From positions 12,627,579-12,691,578 of the forward strand of contig NC_043026.1 of NCBI RefSeq assembly GCF_006345805.1: a stretch of DNA of 64,000 bases, in the 5' to 3' direction. Positions 23,810 to 36,017 of the stretch are shown piece after piece. The translations under genes were made by a program, and so were the position numbers. Position 1 is the first letter of the stretch. Every line of letters starts with the position of its first letter. The DNA is from Octopus sinensis. Its lineage: Eukaryota. The notes beneath the pieces are model-generated. The model was not told where the DNA came from and did not search any database. It saw nothing but the letters and a program-made list of their open reading frames with translations.

Positions 23810-23990
23810 GTTAAACGATGATGATGATGGTAGTGGTGGTGATGGTGATGGTGATGATGGTGGTGGTGATGGTGATGATGATGGTGGTAGAGATGATGAT
23901 GATGGTGGTGATTATGATAATGATGGTGATGATGATGGTGGTGATGACGATGATGGTGGTGATGGTGATGATGATGTAGTAGTAGTCATA
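23810..23990. repeat. (GAT/GGT)n low-complexity tract, probably an expanded RTE tail
   Basis: Preceded by GTTAAACGATG, the RTE 3' terminus. Confidence 0.75.
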
Positions 23991-24256
23991 GTAACATAAG
24001 ACAAAGATTTCAAAAATAAAACTGGATGCAATTAGATTACCAGATCCCTGTATGTTGTAAGAGGATGCTAAAAGGGCAGCAAAGAGATAAAGGGGCCAGA
24101 AAACAGAACCCCACAGAAATAAACATGATAAGTATGATTTACGTCAAAGATTCATGGATTACTATAAAACCCACAGAACTGACCCATGATTTCTTAGGGG
24201 AAATGACACAAAAACACTGATTGTAGTTGTGAGACGTGATGAATTTTAGCAACGAT

Positions 24257-24511
24257 AGTCAGACTTTTATGTGGATAGACACATGTTTAGTTAAGCTACT
24301 GTTTTCAGAGAAAGATTTACCACAGATATCACAGTGATATGAGTCAGACTTTTATGTGGATAGACACATGTTTAGTTAAGCTACTGTTTTCAGAGAAAGA
24401 TTTACCACAGATATCACAGTGATACGAGTCAGACTTTTATGTGGATAGACACATGTTTAGTTAAGCTACTGTTTTCAGAGAAAGATTTACCACAGATATC
24501 ACAGTGATACG
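24257..24511 (-). repeat. Three tandem 85-bp copies of the terminal zinc finger including its stop codon
   Basis: Units start at 24257, 24342 and 24427 (gene copy at 24512). Each reads [26 protein letters not shown] on the minus strand. Confidence 0.9.
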
Positions 24512-24513
24512 AG

Positions 24514-25293
24514 TCAGACTTTTATGTGGATAGACACATGTTTAGTTAAGCTACTGTTTTCAGAGAATGATTTACCACAGACATGACAATGATATGGCTT
24601 TTCTCCTGTATGAATACGCTTGTGTGAAATTACATGGTTACTCCGAGAGAATGTTTTACCACAGATATCACAGTGATATGGCTTTTCTCCTGTATGAGTA
24701 CGTTTGTGACCAGTTAAGTTGCTATTTCGAGAGAATGATTTACCACAGATATCACAATGATATGGCTTCTCCCCTGTATGAATACGTTTGTGTGTTGTTA
24801 AGTGCATTGCAACAGAAAAAGATCTACCACAGATATCACAGCGAAATGTATTCTCTCCTGTGTGAATACGTCTGTGTACGGTTAAATAACTGCGTCGAGA
24901 GAATGATTTATTGCAGATATCACAGTGATATGGCTTCACCCCAGTATGAATAAGTTTGTGAGTTGTTAAGTGACTAACTTGTGAGAATGATCTGCCACAG
25001 ATGTCACAGGGAAATGGTTTCTCTCCTGTATGAATACGTACATGATCGGTTAATCTGCAACTTCGGGAGAATGATTGTCCACAGACATCACAGTGAAATG
25101 GCCTCTCTCCTGTGTGAATACGTTTGTGATTAATGAAGATATTATTGTAAGAGAATGATTTGCCACAGATATCACAGTGATACGGCTTCTCGCCTGTATG
25201 TATACGTCTGTGAGTATTTAGATTACGTTTCTCAGTGAAAGTCTTTTTACAGATATCACATTGAAAAGCTGATTGTGGTTTCTCTTGTGACAT
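24514..25293 (-). CDS. C2H2 zinc-finger protein A5, 259 aa, 9 fingers
   Basis: Intact ORF. Leader exon starts at 25722 and its uORF has a premature TAA. Confidence 0.95.
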   Translation of the reverse strand: MSQEKPQSAFQCDICKKTFTEKRNLNTHRRIHTGEKPYHCDICGKSFSYNNIFINHKRIHTGERPFHCDVCGQSFSRSCRLTDHVRIHTGEKPFPCDICGRSFSQVSHLTTHKLIHTGVKPYHCDICNKSFSRRSYLTVHRRIHTGENTFRCDICGRSFSVAMHLTTHKRIHTGEKPYHCDICGKSFSRNSNLTGHKRTHTGEKPYHCDICGKTFSRSNHVISHKRIHTGEKPYHCHVCGKSFSENSSLTKHVSIHIKV

Positions 25294-27014
25294 CTCTTCA
25301 GAATAAAAATGTATTCTTCAACTAATCCTATATAATCCGTTTGTCCCTTATCTTACTTCAATCACCACAACAAATGTGGATACAGTTTTTGTTCTTGTCT
25401 TACAGATTATTCCTAATAAATATTGCCACAGTTTTCTTTCCATCAACTGTAATCCTTCTTGATGTCTGAAAATACTCTGAGATTCCTTTCAATAATTATC
25501 CAAGTTTAATTTCAGTACAAAATAATCTTGTAGACATTCCAAATATTTCACAAGAGAAATGTTTCTATCAATCTCAGTTGAGAAGAAATATTTCACTGGA
25601 ATTCTCTGGAGTTCTTAAATCTGTTCTGTACAACATTTTCTTTCAGTCTTTAAAAAGTGATGAATATCAATGATGTTCTCTGATGGAAACAATGCTTTGG
25701 TGCCAATGTCCAGTGATAGTCTCTGAAATATAAAAGAGAAACAACCGTGTAAATTATAGAGGAGATTTTGACATTGGAGTTAAAACAGTGAGTCATGACA
25801 AACACCAATACAACAGTGTTGGATTTGGAAAAACTAATATCATTTTAGAGACTGTCCCTATTGAAGCATCTCTATGTATATAGGCGCAGGAGTGGCTGTG
25901 TGACAAGTAGCTTGTTTACCAACCACATGGTTCCGGGTTCAGTCCCCCACCCCTAAATCTAAAATAGATCGATACTAGGGTTATAATTATGGGTGACAAT
26001 TTCATACGACACCACTATGGAAAATGGGATTTTTTTCTAGCGGTGTCAAATGAAAATGTCACCATAATTATGGCCCTAGTATCGATCCATTGCATTTCAA
26101 TCTATTCTAGAGTTAGGGGTGGGGGGAAGGGTATCTTTTTTTCTTCACAAATGTAAATAAACCCAATCTGTTTCTTCAAGGAGGGACATATTCATTATGC
26201 ACAGAATGTTATTTACGTCAATGGAGGTAATTGATTGGTTAAAATTGCCGAAATGCAAGAAATTTCAGACGAAATATCTTACAACCTATAGAATTTTCTC
26301 AATAAAGCCAAGAGAAAATGATGTTTTATAAACACATTCTACCAGTATACGAAGTTTAAAACTTTTTAGTTACCTAGAAATTATGTTACAAAGTGCCGGT
26401 CAAAAGGAAAAGATCCTCGACATTTCATCAAATTATTTACTAATCAATTTCCACTGTTACAAAGCCTTCCCTATTTGTTCTTACCTGCTTCATTTGTGTT
26501 AGTAAAATCCGTAAATTTCCACACACATGGAAACACACTCGCACGCACAGACGTACGCCCATTAGCTTCGTCTACACCTAATTATATATACACTTTAGAT
26601 GAGTTGTAGTGCACCTGAGCACTGTACACAATTATTATTATTATTATTATTATTCCACGCCAAAGAGAACAAGGGCGCACACAGCAGTGTTTAACAGTTA
26701 GTAGGACTTTGAAATCCTGTTTGAAAATGTTTCACGGAGATTAACGAAAACCGTGATAACCCCGAGACAGGGCGAAATATCGCCCGCTTTCCGCTGGTCT
26801 GGAAACAAACAGAAGTATTGTAACATACATTGAGAAAAGGAAAAGAAATAACCGAAGTCCAACTGTTAGGAAAATAACAAAAACGAAAGAGAAATTATAG
26901 ATGCATTTGTAGCACTTTATTAACAGAACGATTTGAGTTGAAGACCCTAAATGCTAACACACTCTGCTACCCAAAATAATTTATCCGTTTTACCATCTCG
27001 TGTGTAACAATTGA

Positions 27015-27456
27015 GGGCGATCTTTCATCTCTAGTAGACCTTTCCGTCGATTTCCGTAAAAAAATTTTTTTTTTTTTACATATGGGCTTGCGGGAACTTT
27101 TGAAGTAATATACATACATATACACACACATACATACATATACACATACACCGACTAAAAAAATTCTGTTATCTCTTTCTTTCACACATTACTCTGTCTC
27201 TTCACACACACTAACAGAAGCACTTCACTTACACAACATACTGTCTGTCTCCCACACCCCATCAAACACACACACACATGTACATCAATGCTTGCCATGC
27301 ACGGTAACTTCAAAAGAACTTCCCTCGTCATACAATCGCTTTCTCTTAGTCTCTTTCGCTCTCATTACTTCAAAAGTTCCCGCAAGCCCATATGTAAAAA
27401 AAAAAATTTTTTTACGGAAATCGACGGAAAGGTCTACTAGAGACGAAAGATTGCCC
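27015..27456. mobile_element. 442-bp MITE with ~95-bp TIRs and 6-bp TSD AATTGA, in intron 1 of A5
   Basis: Arms 27015-27109 and 27364-27456 are near-perfect inverted repeats. AATTGA at 27009-27014 and 27457-27462. Confidence 0.85.
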
Positions 27457-27691
27457 AATTGAGTATATCTTTTCGAAAATAAGAGACCAACATTTCAGTT
27501 TTGAAGTATTTTCCTGTCGGTAAAAGACAGCGAAACGGCGACTTTTGCAGGAGGAAATTTTTTGGGGGTTCCAATGTTGTTATGTGTTTTCCCTTGTATA
27601 GAATTACTGTATCGTTGTATGGTTCACATAACAATTCTATTATTTACAAACGTAATTACAGATTTAATATTATTCAATTAAATCTCTGTCG

Positions 27692-27850
27692 ACTTACCGT
27701 TCGTCGTCACACGGAATCAGTCAGTGCCCGATTAAGCAATTATAGCGAACTCGTTAAATGATGCACGGTGTACTCCGTATTAAGTTGTTCCCCTTTATAT
27801 CTCGTGTATTTCCTCAATTCTCCGATAGAGGGAGAAACAGGGTTGCTAAT
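27692..27850 (-). promoter_or_regulatory. Core promoter, first exon (ends ACG) and donor of A5
   Basis: Conserved type-A block including GAGATATAAAGGGGAACAACTT. Confidence 0.7.
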
Positions 27851-27925
27851 CAAAACTTATCAAAAAAACCACTAAGTGAAAAATATATAAAAAAAATAAC
27901 AGCTAAGCAAGAGAATAAAATCATA

Positions 27926-28335
27926 TACTCTTTACTCTTTTACTTGTTTCAGTCATTTGATTGCGGCCATGCTGGAGCACCGCCTTTTAGTCGAGCAAAT
28001 CGACCCTGGGACTTATTCTTTGTAAGCTCAGTACTTATTCTATCGGTCTCTTTTGCCGAACCGCTAAGTAATGGGGACCTAAACACACCAGCATCGGTTG
28101 TCAAGCAATGCTAGGGGGACAAACACAGACACACAAACATATACACGCACACATATATATATACATATATACGACAGGCTTCTTTCAGTTTCCGTCTACC
28201 AAATCCACTCACAAGGCATTGGTCGGCCTGGGGCTATAGCAGAAGACACTTGCCCAAGATGCCACGCAGTGGGACTGAACCCGGAACCATGTGGTTGGTT
28301 AGCAAGCTACTTACCCCACGGCCACTCCTGCACCT
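27926..28335 (-). mobile_element. SINE family a immediately upstream of the A5 promoter
   Basis: Full-length match to the family. Confidence 0.9.
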
Positions 28336-28739
28336 ATATAAGTACACATAGATATGAAATTGTTTATGGTAAAAATTGCAGTTCTAATTAAACTAAAATG
28401 AAATTAAAATAATTCCTTGAATTTTTACTCCACAGTTTGGAAGATTTAGAAGCAGCAGTTACCTATGATTTCTAATCGTTGATGGGTGAAATTAATTTTA
28501 ACCATTCACCCTGTAAGAGCTTTCAGTTGTCCCCTATTCTCTGTATTCCACTCCTCTTTGCCAAATGCTTCAATTACAATTTCTCTAAATCCCTGACTTC
28601 ATTGAATCTTTAAGCTTCCCTATGGTCCTTTTCAAAGCAAGGTGAATAATTATGAAGCATTAGATTTGACAGAGTAACCTGAATGTTAAATCGCTAACCT
28701 CATCTTTTATCCTGTGTGAATTTGCTTGTCTCTCTTTAA

Positions 28740-29454
28740 CCCTTAACTGTTCAGATTATTCTATCAAACATAATGCTTATTGATTCCCATTGATTTGAAT
28801 TAATCATGCATTATCTCATATCTTCAAGATCTTGATGGTGTAATTACTTAATGTAGAATAGCATTGTAGGGTAGGTGTGAGGGCCTGGATCTGGTCAGTT
28901 TGAACATAAAACAGATTAAATATTTCCTAGTTTAACCCTTTCGTTACCGTATTTCTGCTGAGATGCTCTGTGTTTCTTTCAATTCCTTTAAATATAACAA
29001 ACAATTTAGTAAAATAACTTGGTTATCATTAAACTAGTGTTGGGAACATAAATTGTGACTAAGGTTTGGTGGAAGATTTTAATTCAAAACTTATGGAAAC
29101 AAGACATTTGTACTCAGAGCCAGAGACGGTTTCAGTTGGGTTGGTATCAAAAGGGTTAAGAATTGTTTCTCTATTATATATTTTAACCCTTTTGTTACCA
29201 TATTTCTGCTGAGATGCTCTGTGTTTCATTCAATTAATTTTAAATATAACAAAGAATTTAGTAAAATAACTTAGTTATATCAATTAAGCTAGTGTTAGGA
29301 ATATAAATTGTGACTTAAGGTTTGGTGGAAGATTTTAATTCAAAACTTATGAAAACAAGAGATTTGTACTCCAGAGCCAGAGCTGGTTTCAGTCGGGTTG
29401 GTAACGAAATGGTTAAGAATTGTTTCTCTATTATATATTTTAAATACTAAAGGG
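28740..29454. mobile_element. piggyBac-like MITE (TTAA-CCC...AAAGGG-TTAA) with two nested 251-bp MITE-plus-spacer units at 28936-29443
   Basis: TTAA at 28736 and 29455. Nested units are reverse complements of the 19920 units and carry the same spacer. Confidence 0.8.
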
Positions 29455-29492
29455 TTAAGTTACTATTTGTGATAAATTATTTCCCACAAATG

Positions 29493-30782
29493 TCACAGCA
29501 ATAAAGATTTTTCTCCAACATGTTTTTTCTTGTGACTTATTAACGAACGCCTATACACAAAATTTTTCCCACATGTTCCACAACGGAAAGGTTTCTCTTC
29601 AGAGTGGATTCCCATGTGTCTTGTAACGGCACCATTACTGACAAACAACTTCCCGCAAATCTCACAACGATACGGTTTCTCCCCTGTGTGACTTCGTTTG
29701 TGATTGACAAGACGGGAATTATAAAGGAAAGCTTTCCCACAAATCTCACAGTGAAACAGTTTTTCCCCGCTGTGTCCCCTTTTATGACCATTTAAAGAAC
29801 TGTTGGTAATAAATGACTTCCCACAGGTCTCACAGTGATACGGTTTCTCTCCCGTATGGACCCTAATATGTGCGGTTAACACACTCTTCGACACAAAAGA
29901 CCTCAGACATACTTCACATTTATACAACTTTTCCCCCGTGTGACTTCGTCTATGAACCACAAGAAGTGATTTATTAATGAAGGGTTTACCACAAATCTCA
30001 CAACAATAGGGTTTTTCCCCCGTGTGGGTCCGGTTATGTCTTGTTAAGTCACTGTTGGAAAGAAAAGTTTTCCCACACGTCCCACAGCGATAAGGTTTCT
30101 CTCCCGTGTGGATTCGATGGTGAGCTGTTAAGTTACTCTTAGACACAAAATGCTTCCCACACAATTCACACTGGAAGGGTTTGTCCCCTGTATGTATACT
30201 TGTGTGTATGTTTAACTGACCCCTACACAGAAAGGACTTCCCACATATTTCACAATGATGGGGTCTTACCCCAGTGTGGACCCTTTTATGTATTCGTAAT
30301 TTTCTTTGGCTAACAAAATACTTCCCACAAATTTCACAATGAAATGGTTTCTCTTTACTGTGTATTTCTTTGTGTTTGAAGACTTTACGTTCTGAAGAGA
30401 ATGTCTTATTACAAACCTCACAGGGATATTCAACAGCATTTTCCTCTTTGGCTTTTTCATCTTAGTCCATCTCTTTAATTGTGTCTATACTATTTAAGGC
30501 GGCGAGCTGGCAGAAACGTTAGCACGCCAGGCGAAATGCTTAGCGGTATTTCGTCTGCCGTTACGTTCTGGGTTCAAATTCCGCCGAGGTCGACTTTGCC
30601 TTTCATCCTTTCGGGGTCAATAAATTAAGTACCAGTTACGCACTGGGATCGATGTAATCGACTTAATCCCTTTGTCTGTCCTTGTTTGTCCCCTCTGTGT
30701 TTAGCCCCTTGTGGGTAGTAAAGAAATATATATTATTAAAAGCATTTGTGTTACAAGCATCCAAGTGATCAACATTGTCCAT
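29493..30782 (-). pseudogene. Type-B ZNF gene B1 (MDNVDHLDACNT...), 11 fingers, N-terminus broken by a SINE and an in-frame TAA
   Basis: Homologous to the 36018-37583 N-terminus. SINE-b at 30495-30728, TAA at 30464-30462, then a 322-codon open frame. Confidence 0.8.
30495..30728 (+). mobile_element. SINE family b inserted in the B1 coding region, TSD TATA(C/T)TATT
   Basis: 9-bp duplication at 30486-30494 and 30729-30737 with one mismatch. Confidence 0.9.
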
Positions 30783-30848
30783 ATTAATTCTTGAGGAATT
30801 CTTAGAAGAGTTAATCTATTATGGATTTACAGGTTTCTGTTTACATCT

Positions 30849-31806
30849 CTAGAAGAATATTCCGCCAATGATCATTTTACGATTTGTCCGCTGATCCTGT
30901 AAAAAATCGTGTTCTCCCTGGGGTACTTTTTTGTCACTACTACAACAGCAGTTTTCAAAGGAGCTGCACTTGCAACAGGAAATGTCAAATAAATTTTTTG
31001 TTGCATTGTTTTTAAACGCATTACACTTTGTTTGAAACGATGGCACATTTTTCCTATTTTTCACAGATTTTAGTAATCCTTGGTACTTTAGATAAAAGTT
31101 TAAGATTTTCGGTTTAACTGACTGAATCGTAACACAAGGGATGGATGCCTTTCGCCAAAGATGAATGATCTTTTCTGCTACAATCTTCACAATTTGTTTA
31201 ATTGACGGATCTTTCTTAATTACACTTTTTTCTTTTTCTCGTTCAAATAAAACACACTTTAATACGTCCTTGTAAGTTGGCAAAACCTGCTCTCTAAGAT
31301 CACACGGAGTACCAAATATTGGACATTCATAACGCATTATCGGCTTATGTGTCATCACTGAATTTAGCACGATCATTAATTCTAATACAATGGCCTAAAG
31401 TCAAGGTACAAAGCAGAAAACTTCACACACGTACTACATACGTCCACATGCAATGACCACCGCAGCGGCACTGAGGAGAAGTTTACACTCCCGTTCTATT
31501 TATAGTCAATGAAGAACCTGAAGATATTAATCAATTGTATTGAAACTTGGTCTGCAACCTTTTAATGATGCTACAATCACTGTTTTGCATTCTGCTATGT
31601 AGAAATATGTATTCGTTATGACTTACAATCCACGGAATCCAAAATTCGACCCAAAATATCAGTTTTTAAAATTTTCAGTTGTGTTGCGGGGACAGAAAAA
31701 ATATTTAACTGAAAAGTTTTTTATACACCTTTATAGACCCTAATTCGCCACAAAATATCGATTCTTGGTTGCCAATTTCGAAAGTTGCATTTTTTGCTCT
31801 ACCCTA
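30849..31806 (-). mobile_element. 5' portion of a DNA transposon (probably hATm-like hAT) with a truncated 175-aa transposase N-terminus (31376-30849)
   Basis: Terminus TAGGGT at 31806. Motifs LPTYKDVL, LWRKASIP, LFDISCCKC, KVP..E..FL.DQRT.RKM.IG are recalled from hATm-type transposases. Not database-verified. Confidence 0.65.
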
Positions 31807-31902
31807 ATGTATACATCTGAGATTATTTAGATTATCTTTCTCAGTGAAAGTCTTTTTACAGATATCACACTGAAAAGCTGATTGTGGTTTCTCTTGTGAC
31901 AT
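31804..31902 (-). pseudogene. Type-A ZNF remnant A6, [32 protein letters not shown], stop supplied by the transposon terminus
   Basis: Leader exon (from ~32332) and first finger are ~95% like A5. The array is cut at 31807. Confidence 0.85.
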
Positions 31903-32760
31903 CTCTTCAGAATAAAAATGTCCTCTTCAACTAATCCTATATAATCCGTTTGTCCCTTATCTTACTTCAATCACCACAACACATGTGGACACAGTTTTTG
32001 TTCTTGTCTTACAGATTATTCCTAATAAATATTGCCACAGTTTTCTTTCCATCAACTGTAGTCCTTATTGGTGTCTGAAAATACTCTGAGATTCCTTTGA
32101 AAATTATCCAAGTTTAATTTCAGTAGAAAATAATCTTGTGGACATTCCAAACATTTCACAAGAGAAATGTTTCTATCAATCTCAGTTGAGAAGAAATATT
32201 TCACTGGAATTCTTTGGAGTTCTTAAATCTGTTCTGCACAACATTTTCTTTCAGACTTTAAAAGGTGATGAATATCGACGATGTTCTCTGATGGAAACAA
32301 TGCTTTGGTGCCAATGTCCAGTGATAGTCTCTGAAATAAAAGAGAGAAACAACAGTGTCAGATATAAGAGGAGATTTCGAAAAAGAGAGTTTAAAAACGA
32401 TATTTAAATACAGTAAAATTTAAAGTCCTTTTTCGTTTACTTTAGAGGTGACGAATTAGATAAATGCGCCCGCATTTTTCATTGTAATACAACAATGGTC
32501 TGTGTGTCACCACATCTCAATCACATCAAACACACACACACACACACACACACGTGTGTGTGTGCATAAACTTATTATTTTGCTTTCTCAGTCATTGAAC
32601 TGCAACCATGCGGGTCACCATGTGTATATGTATGTTTGTGTGCATACACACACACAGAGCAACACACGATGCACATGTACGTACGCATGTATGTACGTAC
32701 GTATGCATGTATGTATGAATGTGTATGCGTGTATTTATGTGTGTATATGCATATGTATAT

Positions 32761-33097
32761 ACTCTTTTACTTGTTTCAGTAATTTGACTGCGGCCATGCT
32801 GGAGCACCACCTTTAGTCGAGCAAATCGACCCCGGGACTTGTTCTTTGTAAGCCCAGTACTTATTCTATCGGTCTCTTATGCCGAACGTAAACACACCAG
32901 CATCGGTTGTCAAGCAATGCTAGGGGAACAAACAGAGGCACGCAAACACACACACACACATATATATACATATATACGACATGCTTCTTTCAGTTTCTGC
33001 TATAGCAGAAGACACTTGCCCAAGATGCCACGCAGCGGGACTGAACCCGGAACCATGTGGTTGGTTAGCAAGCTACTTACCACACAGCCACTCCTGC
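32761..33097 (-). mobile_element. SINE family a with internal deletions, in intron 1 of A6
   Basis: Family match. Confidence 0.85.
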
Positions 33098-33303
33098 CAC
33101 ATAAATGTATAGAATATACAAACGTGGTATGTAAATAAACGGCGTAAATTAACGAAGGTATAAACCTGACGACGTAAATACACGAAGTTGACGTCAGATT
33201 TTTCTACTTTCACTTCTGACAGCTAATACCATGACAGTGCCAACAATTCTATTATTTGCACACATTGTTACAGATTTAATATTATTCACGTAAATCTCTG
33301 TCA

Positions 33304-33445
33304 ACTTACCGTTCGTTCGTTACATGGAATCGGTCGGTGCCCGATTAGCAATTATATGCAACTCATTAAGTGATGTCCGTTGTATATGAAGTTGTTTCCC
33401 CTTTATTTTATGTATTTCCGCAATTCTCCGAGAGAGGGAGAAACA
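33304..33445 (-). promoter_or_regulatory. Core promoter, first exon (ends ACG) and donor of A6
   Basis: Conserved type-A block. Confidence 0.65.
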
Positions 33446-33535
33446 GGTTTGCTAATTAAAACTTGTTAAAAGCACTAATTAAAAGTGAAAAGTATGATAT
33501 TTAAAAATAGCAACTAAATGAAAAAAATCAAAAAA

Positions 33536-34545
<1,010 letters not shown>

Positions 34546-34672
34546 TTATTTCAAGAATTTCAGTTCAAACAAAACTCATTCCTTTTATTGCTACTCCACA
34601 ATATTTTATAAGGTTTCAGAACAGCTCCGTCAAAACATTTAAGATTCATTCATTTTTATTATTTATTTCTAT

Positions 34673-35061
34673 ACTAGCAGTATCGCCCGGCGTTGCTCGG
34701 GTTTGTAAAGGAAATAACTATATAAACATTTTTAGAGAGTTATAGCCAAAAAGTAGCAAAAAAGTGCATTAAAAATGGAAGAAAAATGATGGTAAATCTT
34801 TTTAAAGATCGTTGACTCATCGCAGACATTTTTAGAGAGTTACTTCCCTTTAAAAAAATGCATTAAAATGGAAAAAAAATGGTAAATTATTTTTTAAATC
34901 GTAGACTCATCGTAGACGCGCGCTAATACCCAGAAGGGCTCGATATGAATCACGACTATAAGATACCCGAATTTGGTTAAACTGCACCGCAAAATGTGGG
35001 AGTAGTTAGGAATCTAGATCAGAGTAGACAGACACACAACTTCACTTTTATATATAAAGAT
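34673..35061 (+). mobile_element. Helitron-like non-autonomous element (related 5' end at 39076)
   Basis: Starts ACTAGCAGTATCGCCCGGCGTTGCTCGGG (hairpin), ends ACAGACACACAACTTCACTTTTATATAT. No TIR or TSD seen. Confidence 0.5.
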
Positions 35062-35383
35062 ATATATAGAGATAAAAGGGATTGTTGCGTACATTTCGGC
35101 GATTCTTCTGATTCCAAGAGGTGAAGGTGCACAGCCTCTCTAGAAATTGGTTTAAGAAATACGTAATGATCAGTCGGTTTTGTAAACAAAAAAATAATTG
35201 ATGTTACGGCGATCTTGAAAACGAAAGATCGCCGATGTTATTTGAATTCTGTTTGTTTAGGCATGATTTTCCATGTTGCGGGGAACTTTTTTAATTACAG
35301 TAATCCATCGCCATACCACGGTTTATTATTTAAGCTTACAACGATTGCTCTGTGGTGTTGTTTTGCATCTATAATAAAATTCT

Positions 35384-35722
35384 GGAGTGGCTGTGTGGTA
35401 AGTAGCTTGCTTACTAACCACACAGTTCCGGGTTCAGTCCCACTGCGTGGCACCTTGGGCAAGTGTCTTCTACTATAGCCTCGGGCCGACCAATGCCTTG
35501 TGAGTGGATTTGGTAGACGGAAACTGAAAGAAGCTCGTCGTATATATATACATATATATAGGCGCAGGAGTGGCTGTGTGGTAAGTAGCTTGCTTACCAA
35601 CCACATGGTTCCGGGTTCAGTCCCACTGCGTGGCACCTTGGGCAAGAGTCTTCTACTATAGCCTCGGGCCGACCAATGCCTTGTGAGTGGATTTGGTAGA
35701 CGGAAACTGAAAGAAGCCTGTC

Positions 35723-35770
<48 letters not shown>

Positions 35771-35965
35771 TTGTGTTTGTTCCCCTAGCATTGCTTGACA
35801 ACCGATGCTGGTGTGTTTACGTCCCCGTCACTTAGCGGTTCAGCAAAAAGAGACCGATAGAATAAGTACTGGGCTTACAAAGAATAAGTCTTGGGGTCAA
35901 TTTGCTCGACTAAAGGTGGTGCTCCAGCATGGCCACAGTCACATGACTGAAACAAGTAAAAGAGT
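35384..35965 (+). mobile_element. SINE family a, 5'-half copy followed by a full copy
   Basis: Second head at 35561. Confidence 0.9.
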
Positions 35966-36017
35966 ATATATATATAGATAAATATATACAAATTATCCTT
36001 GGGGTGCTCGGTTGCTT

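Noticed and set aside
23790-23999. Asp/Gly-rich 69-aa ORF
   Set aside because: It is the translation of a (GAT/GGT)n microsatellite at an RTE tail.
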